Positions 9,964 through 20,464 of a stretch of 64,000 nucleotides of DNA are shown here, one piece after another. The notes below the pieces were generated by a model. That model did no database searches. It worked only from the letters and a program-made list of their open reading frames with translations, and was not told the DNA's origin. The stretch covers positions 4,894,879 through 4,958,878 of the forward strand of contig CM082579.2 in the NCBI GenBank assembly GCA_040954595.2, read 5' to 3'. This DNA is from Balanoglossus misakiensis (lineage: Eukaryota; Animalia; Hemichordata). The translations under genes and the position numbers were made by a program. Position 1 is the first letter of the stretch. The number at the start of each line of letters is the position of its first letter.

Positions 9964-11674
9964 ACTTCTGCGAAGAAATAAAGAAATGTGTTTGAGTGGT
10001 ATGGCCGTTTGATCGATCACTGGCCACTCATGACATCAGCAACCACTCGGTACATGCATTTTCGCACGTCGCACGGTGTTGTATTTGCGGTACTTATTCG
10101 TGTAACGTAGCGGTGAAATAAGTTACCAATGCAAAACTGAACATCATATTGTAGGGGAATATTTCAATACCCGGAAAATAAAGTAAAACTAATAAAACTC
10201 CGAAAGCTAGGAAATTTCTTAGAAACAATAACGAAATTTGCACGAATTCCGACGTGTGTGATCATGATTACAACTGCTGTAGCAGTTTGACAACTGTCTG
10301 TAGGTTTTTCAATTGTAAATAGTGTTCCACCTCAAAGAACTATGCAAGTTGACCGAGTCCTGTTAGTACATTAATCGCCGTCTGATCCGTTAAGATGAAA
10401 GCCCCAATGAATGCCTACTCTGTTGTGGGTGCAATCTGCACCTGTCGTTCACACTTTTGGCGCCAATCTTTGTTTTTACATTATGGTGAAGTGTACATGC
10501 CTGGGCGGGTGGTGCACCGTTAATATTGGAATTTGCACTAAAATAGAACGTAATTTTGTTTTGTTTTGATCAGTGCCTGTGCGATTCACATGAAAACAAT
10601 TCTGAGTAGTGGAAATTAGTAACCTAGGTTGATATTAGTTAAACATTAATTTATGAAACGCCGGCCATGTTTCACCTGTCAACACCGAAAAATTATACAG
10701 AAAATAATACCGATCGGTGTTGACGGCTTTGCCGGAGTCGAAAGTCGCCAGTAAAAGCTTCTGTGTGACTTGGACGTTCTGGCGCATTATTCAATGGTTT
10801 TTCGTCGATTTTATCCCGATATCATGTTTGTTGGAAATTCAGAACGCCACGGCGTACTGTATGTCAAACGACACTCGCATGCATGCTTACCTGATGTGTA
10901 CTAGTAATGCGTAACTACCACGGACAAAGAAATCAACAATACACGTCACTGTAGGTGCTAAACGCAGCTCAACCAACCTCCTCGCCTTCCAATCTTGAGA
11001 TACCTCACACTTTTGCTGAACGACGCAGTCGAACGAAAAGCTGCAGATTTACCAACTTGGAGTTCTGACTGTCGGCCTCCCAACTGTCGTCATATTTAGA
11101 CCTCCTGGTATTCTTGTCGATCATTGATCCTTACCGGAATCACGTGACAACTATCGTTAGTAAATGTTTGCATGTAGTAAATCATTTCTTCGAGCCTGCG
11201 CATTGGTGACTTGTTGCGATAAAGAAAATATCGAATTCACGAGGAAGAGCTGCACGTTTCCTTTGAAAACGGACTACTCCCGCCATTTTGAATATCCCTG
11301 GTATTAAAGACATTCAAGTTGACAAAATAAAATTTCAAGGTTTTTAAACTTCCGGATACACTTTCGAAATAATACTATCTACGTATTCTCTATCTTAAAA
11401 CTTCTTTGACAAAATTATTCCTCCTCTCAACAGTATCTAGCTATAGGTTCAATAAACTACGAATGACCTGTTTCGCTTCCTGGTACAATGATCTCTTCTA
11501 CGAACGAAGGTTTGCCCTATTCAACGAATTCAATCACGTGACACACGTAACCTGCCTCTCTTTCGTTATCGGTTCAGACCAGCTTGGAAACGCCGTGCGG
11601 CTGTAGAACTTCTTTGGGATTGCGTCCACATCTCCAATCCTTTTCAATTATTACAAGAAGGTAACGGTTGAAAC

Positions 11675-13882
11675 ATGGCTACGGGAGAAGCGAAGGTTCT
11701 GGCGGCGATCGGTGAGAATTTTCTCGTCTGTGCGATATGCTCCGAGCGCTACAAGAATGCGAAAATGTTGACCTGCCTGCATAGCTTCTGCGAGACTTGT
11801 CTGTGTACGTGGGTGGAGAAAACGGGTCGCTTGGAGTGTCCCATTTGTCGGTGTACGCATGCAGTCCCTGACGGGGGAGTGAGCGGCATTCAAACTAACT
11901 TCTTCCTCAATAATTTGGTGGAGGAGTTTAAACGACGCGAGGCCGAATCGACCGAGTTAAAGCGGTGTGGCGGATGTGAAGACGGCGAGGAAACCGACAG
12001 ATGTTTGGAATGTGCGCTGTACCTGTGTAAAATCTGCACGAAAGCGCACAAGAAAATTCCATTCACGAGAACCCATCGGGTGGTGCCACTTCACGAATAC
12101 GAAGAAACAAAGGTCGACGACCCGACCCTGGCCCAGTCGCCATTATTCTGCCACAAGCACCCGACCTACCCGCTGACTTTTTACTGCGATACGTGTGACC
12201 ACCCGATCTGTCTCGAGTGCACGGCGATAGATCATCCCAGACCCGACCACAAATACAGGTACCTGAAGGACGCCGCCGCGGAGTTCACCAACGAACTCAC
12301 CGAGAAGGCCGAGAAAGTGAAAGACACACAGACTAGAGCAAGGCAGGGCAAAGCAGCGGCCGAAAAAGTGAAAGAGTCCCTGGAGGAACGCTACAGAAAG
12401 GAAGAGTCGAAAATCAACGCCCACATCAAGAGGACGACCGACATGATGTCGAAGAAAATCGAGGAGAAAGGCAAAGAGCTGCTGCGACGCCTGAGAGACG
12501 AATACGAGACTCGGACAGAAAATCTGGAAGCTCAACTGAAAGAACTGGAGAGTGTCGACAGCGTCGCGACAAACGCCCGAGAGCTGGCCGAAAACCTGAT
12601 GCGTTATGGGAACGATGCGCAGCTGATGTCCGCCAAGCGAGGCATCAGGGCACAGGTACAGGAGCTAATGACGTCACAAGTGAAAAGTGAACCGGTGGAG
12701 AGCGACTACGTGGAGTTCACGCCGCGCGATGACTTGCCCGATCTCGGGAGCCTGGGCGAGATCGTGACGTCGGAGGAGACGCTGAAAATCGCCGAAGCGC
12801 CAAAATGGGGTCGAATCGGAGAAGAAATCTCCGTGCAACTAACGAGGGGTGAAAAGACGAAAAGTAAGAGACTGGAAAAGGTGAATGCAACGATGAAGAC
12901 ACCGGACAACCAGACTGAGGAACTGCCTGTCACAGAGAACGAAGACCAAACTCTCTCGGTGTCGTTCACTGGGAAAATAGAAGGTGAACACGAGTTGTCG
13001 GTGTCGGTAGATCGGAATGAAGTTGAGGGATCACCAGTAGTCATCAGGGTTTCACCACAGAAAGGATTCGTGAGAAAGTTTGGAGATGCAGGGTCAGGTC
13101 CCGGTCTGCTGAGCAATCCGCGGGGAGTGACAGTGACAAAGAACGGCAACGTGCTGGTGTGTGATCCCAACAACTGTAGAATTCAGTCATTTTCCGTGTT
13201 TGGCCAACACAGAAAGACGATCAATATGCCAAAGTTTCCAAAGACGGTCTGCCCACGTGATGTCGTTGAGTCGGATGACGGCAATTTGCTGATAACGGAC
13301 AGTGGGAATAAGCAGGTGATAGTCTGTGATAAGAACGGCAAACTAATTCGATGTTTCGGAAATAATCAACTCCAGTACCCGGAAGGTATCGCCATTAGCC
13401 CTGTCAATGGAAATGTGTACGTCTCTGATCAGACGTCACACCGTGTTAGAATTTACAGCCAGGATGGTAACCACATAAAAGATATCGGTGGTAGTCGAGG
13501 CAGTGGGCAGGGGCAGTTTCAGTTCCCGCGGTATCTTGATATTGATGCAGACGGAAATGTCTTAGTGTGCGATGGGGACAACCATCGCATCCAAGTGTTG
13601 AATCCCGATGGCCAGTTTCTGCGCAGCTTTGGTTCGTCCGACGGTCAGCTGAATCATCCTATGTGTGTAACCGCAGGCAAGGATAAGCATTATTATGTGA
13701 GCAGTCACAACAACAGCCGAATCTTAAAGTACGACAGTCAGGGTAAATTCGTCTCCAGAGTCGATTGCGACAATGACGGCTTGAGCTGCCCCATCGGAAT
13801 TTGCGCATTCGGTGAAGAATTGCCCGGTCAACTGGTTGTAGCCGACTACAGCAATAGCTGCATTAAAGTATTTCAACTTTAA
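11675..13882 (+). CDS. TRIM2/TRIM3-like E3 ligase (RING, two B-boxes, coiled coil, filamin, NHL repeats), intronless CDS, 735 aa
   Basis: C3HC4 RING CAIC..CLHSFC..CPIC; B-box1 and B-box2 (CHKH..FYCDTCDHPICLEC); filamin repeat (GEHELSVSVDRNEVEGSP); six NHL-type repeats. Confidence 0.95.
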   Translation: MATGEAKVLAAIGENFLVCAICSERYKNAKMLTCLHSFCETCLCTWVEKTGRLECPICRCTHAVPDGGVSGIQTNFFLNNLVEEFKRREAESTELKRCGGCEDGEETDRCLECALYLCKICTKAHKKIPFTRTHRVVPLHEYEETKVDDPTLAQSPLFCHKHPTYPLTFYCDTCDHPICLECTAIDHPRPDHKYRYLKDAAAEFTNELTEKAEKVKDTQTRARQGKAAAEKVKESLEERYRKEESKINAHIKRTTDMMSKKIEEKGKELLRRLRDEYETRTENLEAQLKELESVDSVATNARELAENLMRYGNDAQLMSAKRGIRAQVQELMTSQVKSEPVESDYVEFTPRDDLPDLGSLGEIVTSEETLKIAEAPKWGRIGEEISVQLTRGEKTKSKRLEKVNATMKTPDNQTEELPVTENEDQTLSVSFTGKIEGEHELSVSVDRNEVEGSPVVIRVSPQKGFVRKFGDAGSGPGLLSNPRGVTVTKNGNVLVCDPNNCRIQSFSVFGQHRKTINMPKFPKTVCPRDVVESDDGNLLITDSGNKQVIVCDKNGKLIRCFGNNQLQYPEGIAISPVNGNVYVSDQTSHRVRIYSQDGNHIKDIGGSRGSGQGQFQFPRYLDIDADGNVLVCDGDNHRIQVLNPDGQFLRSFGSSDGQLNHPMCVTAGKDKHYYVSSHNNSRILKYDSQGKFVSRVDCDNDGLSCPIGICAFGEELPGQLVVADYSNSCIKVFQL

Positions 13883-15572
13883 ACCACCATGGCGTTATTT
13901 CAACGGTTATATCGGTAACAGAGATCCGGTTTTCATGAGACCAGTATCCGGATTCAGAAGTGCTTTCAGCAAAATTCATTGTGAAATTTTCTGAGAGGTA
14001 GACCACTACTGCAAAGAGGGGCTACTGCTAGTATTTATACTGAGGGTTGCAAGTACATTGTGTATAACATACATCACGTCACACCGCTATATGTGTGGAC
14101 GTGATATGCTTCTTTTCTAATAAATCACCATTGATATCTGACTATTTTGTCTTTTTCTCAGTGTATTAAGACAGTTACGTTGAAACAAATGCTGAAAAAA
14201 ACACTTCCATTATCGATCTGTTCTAACCTGTTAATACTATAGTTTCTGCTCAATTATAAAATCGGAAAATGTTGGGTTGTGAACCTCTCAGACAGTGTTG
14301 GTTAGTGTGTTGTTTTGCCCTCTGACATGCTTTCTTGTGTCATGCCTGCGGCACTTTTACCGCGAACGTCGAGAGGGCGCTCTATTCTTAAGAAGGGTCA
14401 ACCTTCGCGTGGTCCTGGGAACGGTATCTCGTTGCAAATATATGAGGCCACGCAGAGGTACAAATTGTATGATTTATGGCGTGGTGCAGCTATTCACATG
14501 ACGAATCTAGTCCGTCGCCAAAGGCCTGAGTAGGAGGGCTGAGTTCTGCGCAAATTCGACAACATCTGTACACAGTTTCCATGACTTCTGATATTACGGT
14601 TGTCAGTAATGTAGTTTTGCTTCCCGAAGTATTGGACGTTTGTCTGAGTTTAAACTGCGAAAGGCACCGTGGAATCGTGTGGGGAAGAGTAATACACACA
14701 GGACGTCAGACAAGTTTGGCCTAAACAAATAACCGTTGTTATCGTGGATTTCGAAGGTAAGTTCAATGCAGCCATAGGCTTGGTTTGGCTATCTTTGGAG
14801 TGGAGAAACAACCTCTTGTATAGAAGGAGCCCCGGGGAAGCATTTCTGAAGCGTGAGTGCGTCTCAGATATCGTGTTCGCTCGAAAGGGTGATCTCTCCA
14901 GTAGGCAGGCGCTGGCGTCCATTATAGTAAATTTGCAGCAACAAAAATGGTGCAGTACTTCCACGCCTGCCGCCAGCTGGCATTTCCATCATAGCTGACG
15001 TTCCACTACGATGAACTAGGGGTGACAAAAAAAATTTCCATGGCAACCATGGTCACGGCGACACTTCCAACCATCGACACCCGGAACCGTTTAGGTTCAT
15101 TGTATGGTACGCTCAATTAGACCACTGCACAGTATGTGTCATCAGAGTTACTAGTATACTGTCAAACGTTTTGCATCTTGCGCAAAGCTATTGGAACATG
15201 TACATGTACGTGTGTACTATGGTCATCGCAAATGAATGCGGCGGGGGAGAAGAACTAGACAGGTTTACAAAACGGAACTGGGCGAATGTTTGAACTGGTT
15301 GCCCACCGTTTATTTGCCCTGTCATCGTCACCTGTGAGTTATTGCAGGTAATATGTAATCTCGCATTCCATCCAGGTGGGCTATTTTTATCACACTAGCC
15401 ATGAGCAGTTTTGAACTGGTAGTGTTGAGTTAATAACGCGCAAAGACTGACTGTCGTCACTTTCGTGTGAAAATTTCTGAACCGATAATGAAATATCGAT
15501 CGTTGAAAAAACACCTGTTGATAGAAACCCGTTTCTCACTTTGATTCTTTCTGTATTCTTTCAGTTGTCAAC

Positions 15573-16550
15573 ATGGGACGTTCCGGTTTCTGCATTATTG
15601 CGATTTACTTGACGGTGGCCGTGGTCGCCGACACCGCGCTTGCTTGTCCCATCCAGTGCAAATGCCACGACTCCACCATCTACGGTTACGTCACGGACTG
15701 CAGCAGGGCCGGACTGCCTAGTATACCGGATGGGATCGAGCAGAGAACCGAGTACCTGGATCTGAGCGGGAACCGCATCGAGAGCGTGGCGCACGTGCAG
15801 CTGCGCTTGCTGTCGCTGGTCAGGACGATTTTCTTGTCCGAAAACAGCATCGCGTCGATCGAAGACGGGTCTTTCCGGGACATGGCGAGTCTGGAGAACC
15901 TGTATCTGCGCATCAACAAGCTGGGGAGGGTGAGCGCCGCGACGTTCACCGGCCTGGGCAAGGTTGGCCTCATCGACCTGGAAGGGAACTCACTCACGCG
16001 GCTGTCCGCGGGGACCTTCACGGCAAACACCGAGCTGACCCACGTGATGCTGCCGAGGAACTCCGTCGACGACCTGAACTACGAGGCGTTCCGAGGTCTG
16101 CTGAAACTGAGGTACATCAACGCGCGACAGAACCGAATCACAACGGTGTCCGGCAGTCTGCTCAACGGGTTGCCGGAGCTGAGGCACCTGGACGTCAGCA
16201 GCAACCCGCTGCACTGCGACTGCAACATGCGGGATTTCAACGTCTGGCTGGGCGTCCACGGCGACGGCGGTTCCATGCCCGACCATCTGTGTGCCACGCC
16301 CTCCAACCTCGCCGGGCGATCCTTGGCCGAAGTGGACACGGGTGATCTGACGTGCCCACCGGCAGGTCTGTCCACAGGGGCGGCTGTTGGCATCGCGATT
16401 GGCATGTTCCTTCTCGGGGGAATTGTGGTGGCTGTCCTCGCATTTCTCTACTTTCGACACAGAGGAATAAAATATGAATCGGACACTATGACACTGACAG
16501 AAAGCGACTCGGCCGAGAAAGCGAGGAACGCAGATGTAGAAAATACATAA
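15573..16550 (+). CDS. LRR single-pass receptor, ~7 LRRs, short tail (325 aa, no TIR)
   Basis: Signal peptide, CPIQCKC LRRNT, LRRs, NPLHCDC..CATPSNLAG LRRCT, TM GAAVGIAIGMFLLGGIVVAVLAFLYF-RHR. Acceptor TTCTTTCAG ends at 15564. Confidence 0.92.
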   Translation: MGRSGFCIIAIYLTVAVVADTALACPIQCKCHDSTIYGYVTDCSRAGLPSIPDGIEQRTEYLDLSGNRIESVAHVQLRLLSLVRTIFLSENSIASIEDGSFRDMASLENLYLRINKLGRVSAATFTGLGKVGLIDLEGNSLTRLSAGTFTANTELTHVMLPRNSVDDLNYEAFRGLLKLRYINARQNRITTVSGSLLNGLPELRHLDVSSNPLHCDCNMRDFNVWLGVHGDGGSMPDHLCATPSNLAGRSLAEVDTGDLTCPPAGLSTGAAVGIAIGMFLLGGIVVAVLAFLYFRHRGIKYESDTMTLTESDSAEKARNADVENT

Positions 16551-16589
16551 ACCCAGAGATTTTGTTTTATGAACTTGCTCCCTGTTTCT

Positions 16590-16646
16590 GTTTGTTTGTT
16601 TGTTTGTTTGTTTGTTTGTTTGTTTGTCTGTCTGTCTGTCTGTCTG
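16590..16646. repeat. Compound (GTTT)n(GTCT)n microsatellite in 3' UTR
   Basis: Read directly from sequence. Confidence 0.9.
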
Positions 16647-18268
16647 CCTGTTGTCTCTCTCTGTCTTACCTTGGATAATTTCACGATAGAAACGTTTTAT
16701 AAATTAAGTTATCGCGAAAATCAAAATTTTAAATTTTTTCTCATATGTTGCTCAAGACAACTTTATATAATTCTCTTATATTGAGAATAAATATTGCTCA
16801 TGATTTTACTTTCAAGTTAATATCTTTATGTCCACAATGATGCCAACTGATTGCTGCCCATATTGTGCGTCTATATCTGTTGTGATCTTTTGGTAAAAAG
16901 AAGAAATCCCAATTTTCATTTTGTTTCTTTATAGAAATAAATCAACCAATACATGCATAATCTTGTGCTAGGTCTTTGATATGATTGAGCTTTGGTGTTA
17001 AATTATTTCAGCGACAGTTTTTGCCACCGCATAAGGCCAACACTGTGGAACAACAAAGCAGCTCATCTTTTGCTTCCTTGCTCAGAACTTATTTGGTGGA
17101 CAAGTTATGCGCTTTCGCTTTTAGTAATAAAGATCTTTTGAACATAGTTCCATATTTTTGCGACTTGCATACTATGAGAAATGGTGTCCACGTCCACTGA
17201 CAGTACACGATTGCGTTGACAGGTGTTAAAACGCTCTCAGCAGTTATTAACTTCGCAGATTGCAAAACGGTTGACGTATACCATCAGATATGGCACTGGC
17301 GACTGATAACAGTTAGCCAGCTATGCACGGCACATTCACTCACGCAGTAATCATTTACAACACGTCTGTCACTGCAGACTTTATGCGCGTTTTGCCGTGC
17401 AATAAAAGTAAGCGATGTTGAATAAACAAGCGCCATCATTTACTCTTGATGCCAACAGGTAGCTTACTCGAATTGAAGAGCCGTCGCGAATTTACTCCGT
17501 TCACGAGAAGTAATATTACAATTTGACGCCATCTGAGGTAAGACTACAAAATTCATATGAAATTTTGTTTTTCGCACGGGAACAATATCATGACGGACCT
17601 GCTGTTAATAAGTATGTGGGCACAGTTATGACTATAGTTTCTGGTAACAACAGTTTGGGTTCTATATATCACTTGACAAGTCGAAGCTGGATACTTGGTC
17701 GCGAATGTTCACCTCATTTAACATTTCTGGTAAGAACAACGCGACATTTCAACTGTGTTGTAAACCAGAGAATAATCTGGGTGGCAAAAGAAAGCAAACG
17801 GATTTTCAGCTTGCTTGTGTGATGTCAGAACAAAAAAATAACATCATGGCCGCCTCGCAAGATTTACTGGTCGCAATCGCGGGTCAAGACCTACGGTAAG
17901 TGTTGAGACCCAGTTCCCAAAAGCAAACAGCGAAAACACACTTCAGTGGTTTATGGCCGATTTTTCTTTGCCTCGATGGTCTGTAACAAAAGTAAATACC
18001 TGACTAGTCGTTTTATAGCCTTTCGACAACTCAGACTTTTAAAACACACATTGCAAGTTTAGAACATTCCACGGACAATATTTGTTGGAAGTGTCATAAA
18101 TTACATATTCCAACAGGTAGCATATATACAAATGCATCACAATGTTGTTGAGCCAATCAAAACTGCAATGGCACCACAAAATATAGCTCGTCTAGCGGTT
18201 TTTGTAAAATAACGATAACTGCATTCTCTCGTTTCAATATACAGGTCGCCAGCTCGATTCCAGTGACA

Positions 18269-18517
18269 ATGATGTACAGTACGAGCACCACCGTCGCCGT
18301 CGCGGTGGGCAGTTTCTTCGTCGGCTTCGGGTTCGCCTTAGTCTTGATGTTCGTCTACTACATTTGCAGGGTGAGCGGGTCGCCCGAAAAGAAGCCGGGT
18401 GAAAAGGGCACAGCGGCGGTGGAGTACGAGAACGCCGCCTACTTCGCGGCCAACAACGATGGTGCCGTGAACAATGCTTCTGACTCGGGCGAATTCGCCG
18501 ATGTCTATAAACCATAG
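18269..18517 (+). CDS. Small single-pass membrane protein (82 aa) with YENAAY motif
   Basis: GC-rich codon-like island in AT-rich flanks; acceptor TTTCAATATACAG ends at 18244; TM TVAVAVGSFFVGFGFALVLMFVYYI-CR; paralogous to the 19914 ORF. Confidence 0.75.
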   Translation: MMYSTSTTVAVAVGSFFVGFGFALVLMFVYYICRVSGSPEKKPGEKGTAAVEYENAAYFAANNDGAVNNASDSGEFADVYKP

Positions 18518-19913
18518 CCCGTCAACTGAAGAAGAAGAGAGACGACCGAATTCGAATGGTTAACTTCAGTTTCGAGATCAACATGATACATTGATGCTCT
18601 CCTATTTCTTTAAGGACACGGGTTCATAAACTCTTGCTTGTGGCAATTCATTTCTTTTCGGCGTAACAAGTTACATGTGAAATAATTAAATGCCAATACA
18701 ACTTTCTGTATCTCACCTAAACCTTACAAATAAAAACACTGTTTTAGTGGTTAAGCTCACACAAGATTTCGATGTTCGCGTACACTGTGATATTCGAAAA
18801 TCGACGCTATACCATGCCCCAAGTCCTTTCATTCCGCCAAGCAGACGAAATCTTGAATTCCCGAACAAAAAGGGCTTGGTAAACCCATGTGAATACAACG
18901 CTAATCACGAATTCCGGCGTTGTCCGGCACCCCCTGACCGTTACAGCAATCAATAACTGTAAAGTGCCAGTCCTAACTGATAAGAGTTGGAAGCGAATGC
19001 TTGTTTTGTGCATAGTGCACATAATACTGTGTCAGAGGCCGAAGAAGTTGTGTGTCTTAGTGGGCATGCGTGAAGGGTGGTGGTTTTTTTATATATTTGA
19101 AACATTGAGGGGAAGTCATATCAACGAAATCTGCCATTACAATTGTTGTTAACGCAACTGAAACAAAGCCAAAGTAAGAGTTGGCCACCGCCACTTCACT
19201 TGTGACGGCGCAAGTTCTTCAAATACAGGTAAGATCGCAAGAGTTCAGGCCAGTGGAAACATTTTCATGTTTTCAATACGGCTGACGATGCACAAGACTT
19301 GGTCATTTCATTAGAAAGTCCAGGGACGAGTGGTTTTACCTTTCGAAAATACGCTTACACAACAAAGAATTAAGCTTAGAGGGATCCGGGTATGCTAATA
19401 GTAGTTTGGGAGATTTTTGTATTTTTGTCTGTCTTGCAAGTCAGATTACATTGCGTATGAAAGTCAAAGTTATTTGAACTTGACATTTCTACCTTGAAAG
19501 TGTTTGTGCCACTTCTCGGATCAACCTGGATAGTTTTGACCTATACTTTGCCATGATTTACATTCTTGGTAAACAAAAGCGTACAAGTCACAAGCGCAAA
19601 AGCGGCCAAGCCAGGGTCAGGATTGACACGTTCGAAGTCTACTACACACAGTTCTGTCGGGGAACTTGGGAGGAGGCTGGCTATTCACAACAATAAAGCA
19701 GTATTTGCTGATATTCCAATATCACCCGAAAGTCTAACCCGCAATCGTCTGTGTGTATTTGCACGATTTGGTTCCAAGACTTTCCGTTTTTCTGAGCAGT
19801 GTAACAACCCCCGGGGCGACTGTTCTCTTTTGTACCGGTGCAGGCTGTGGAAAATATTTCAGGTTTTGTTTTTTTCGTTTCCAGGTACTATAGTAGTCTG
19901 GTTGAAAATCACC

Positions 19914-20240
19914 ATGACTGTCGGATATGACGAGGCGACTGTGCTGGCGATTTCCATAGGCTGTGCATTTGCCGGGTTCGGCCTGGCGCTCGCGTTGGGA
20001 TTCTTCGTCGCCGTGTGCAGGGCCGAAGACAAGGCCAATATTTCCGCAGCGTCGCGCGTACAGTCCCGGTCCAAGGGGAAGCCGAAAGTGCGCCGCCAAC
20101 GGTCAACCAGTCAACTGGCAATAGTTGACGAGGCCAAAGAGCCCGGATTCTACGACCACGAGGGATTCCCCCCTCCCCCACATTATGAGGAGCTCGGTGC
20201 CCCTCCTGTGGAACAGCAGACCGAAATAACCCATCTGTGA
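19914..20240 (+). CDS. Small single-pass membrane protein (108 aa) with PPPPHYEEL (PY) and C-terminal -THL motifs
   Basis: Strong acceptor TTTTTTTCGTTTCCAG ends at 19884; ACCATG start; upstream donor CAG|GTAAGA at 19229; TM VLAISIGCAFAGFGLALALGFFVAV-CR; AATAAA at about 20346. Confidence 0.8.
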   Translation: MTVGYDEATVLAISIGCAFAGFGLALALGFFVAVCRAEDKANISAASRVQSRSKGKPKVRRQRSTSQLAIVDEAKEPGFYDHEGFPPPPHYEELGAPPVEQQTEITHL

Positions 20241-20464
20241 AGTTAATGTCAAGCTGAATCACCTTGGGGAATGACATGAACATCCGCAAATACTCAAAAT
20301 TGCTGTATTTATTCGAGATGATGTTTTCAGTTGTGATCGATCAATAATAAAATATAGGGGTCACTGCTCTTGTTTTTGAAATACAAGGCTGTGAATTTAG
20401 TTTCTTAAGGAATATTCTACATGATTTCTGCTGTCCAATTCCTCCAGGGAACGGTAATTCCTTG

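Noticed and set aside
14295-15046. Several short ORFs between the TRIM and LRR genes as a pseudogene or transposon relic
   Set aside because: No recognisable motifs in the frames examined; more likely 5'-UTR/regulatory sequence (a donor-like AAG|GTAAGT is at ~14757).
4679-16550. VLR-like somatic LRR cassette rearrangement locus or Toll-like receptors
   Set aside because: All three LRR genes are complete ORFs; I saw no isolated LRR cassettes or incomplete germline gene in the intergenic DNA, and none has a TIR domain.
19566-19913. N-terminal 116 aa of the 224-aa ORF in the track
   Set aside because: Starts at TTG and runs through a strong splice acceptor ending at 19884, so it is probably intronic; the likely start is ATG 19914.
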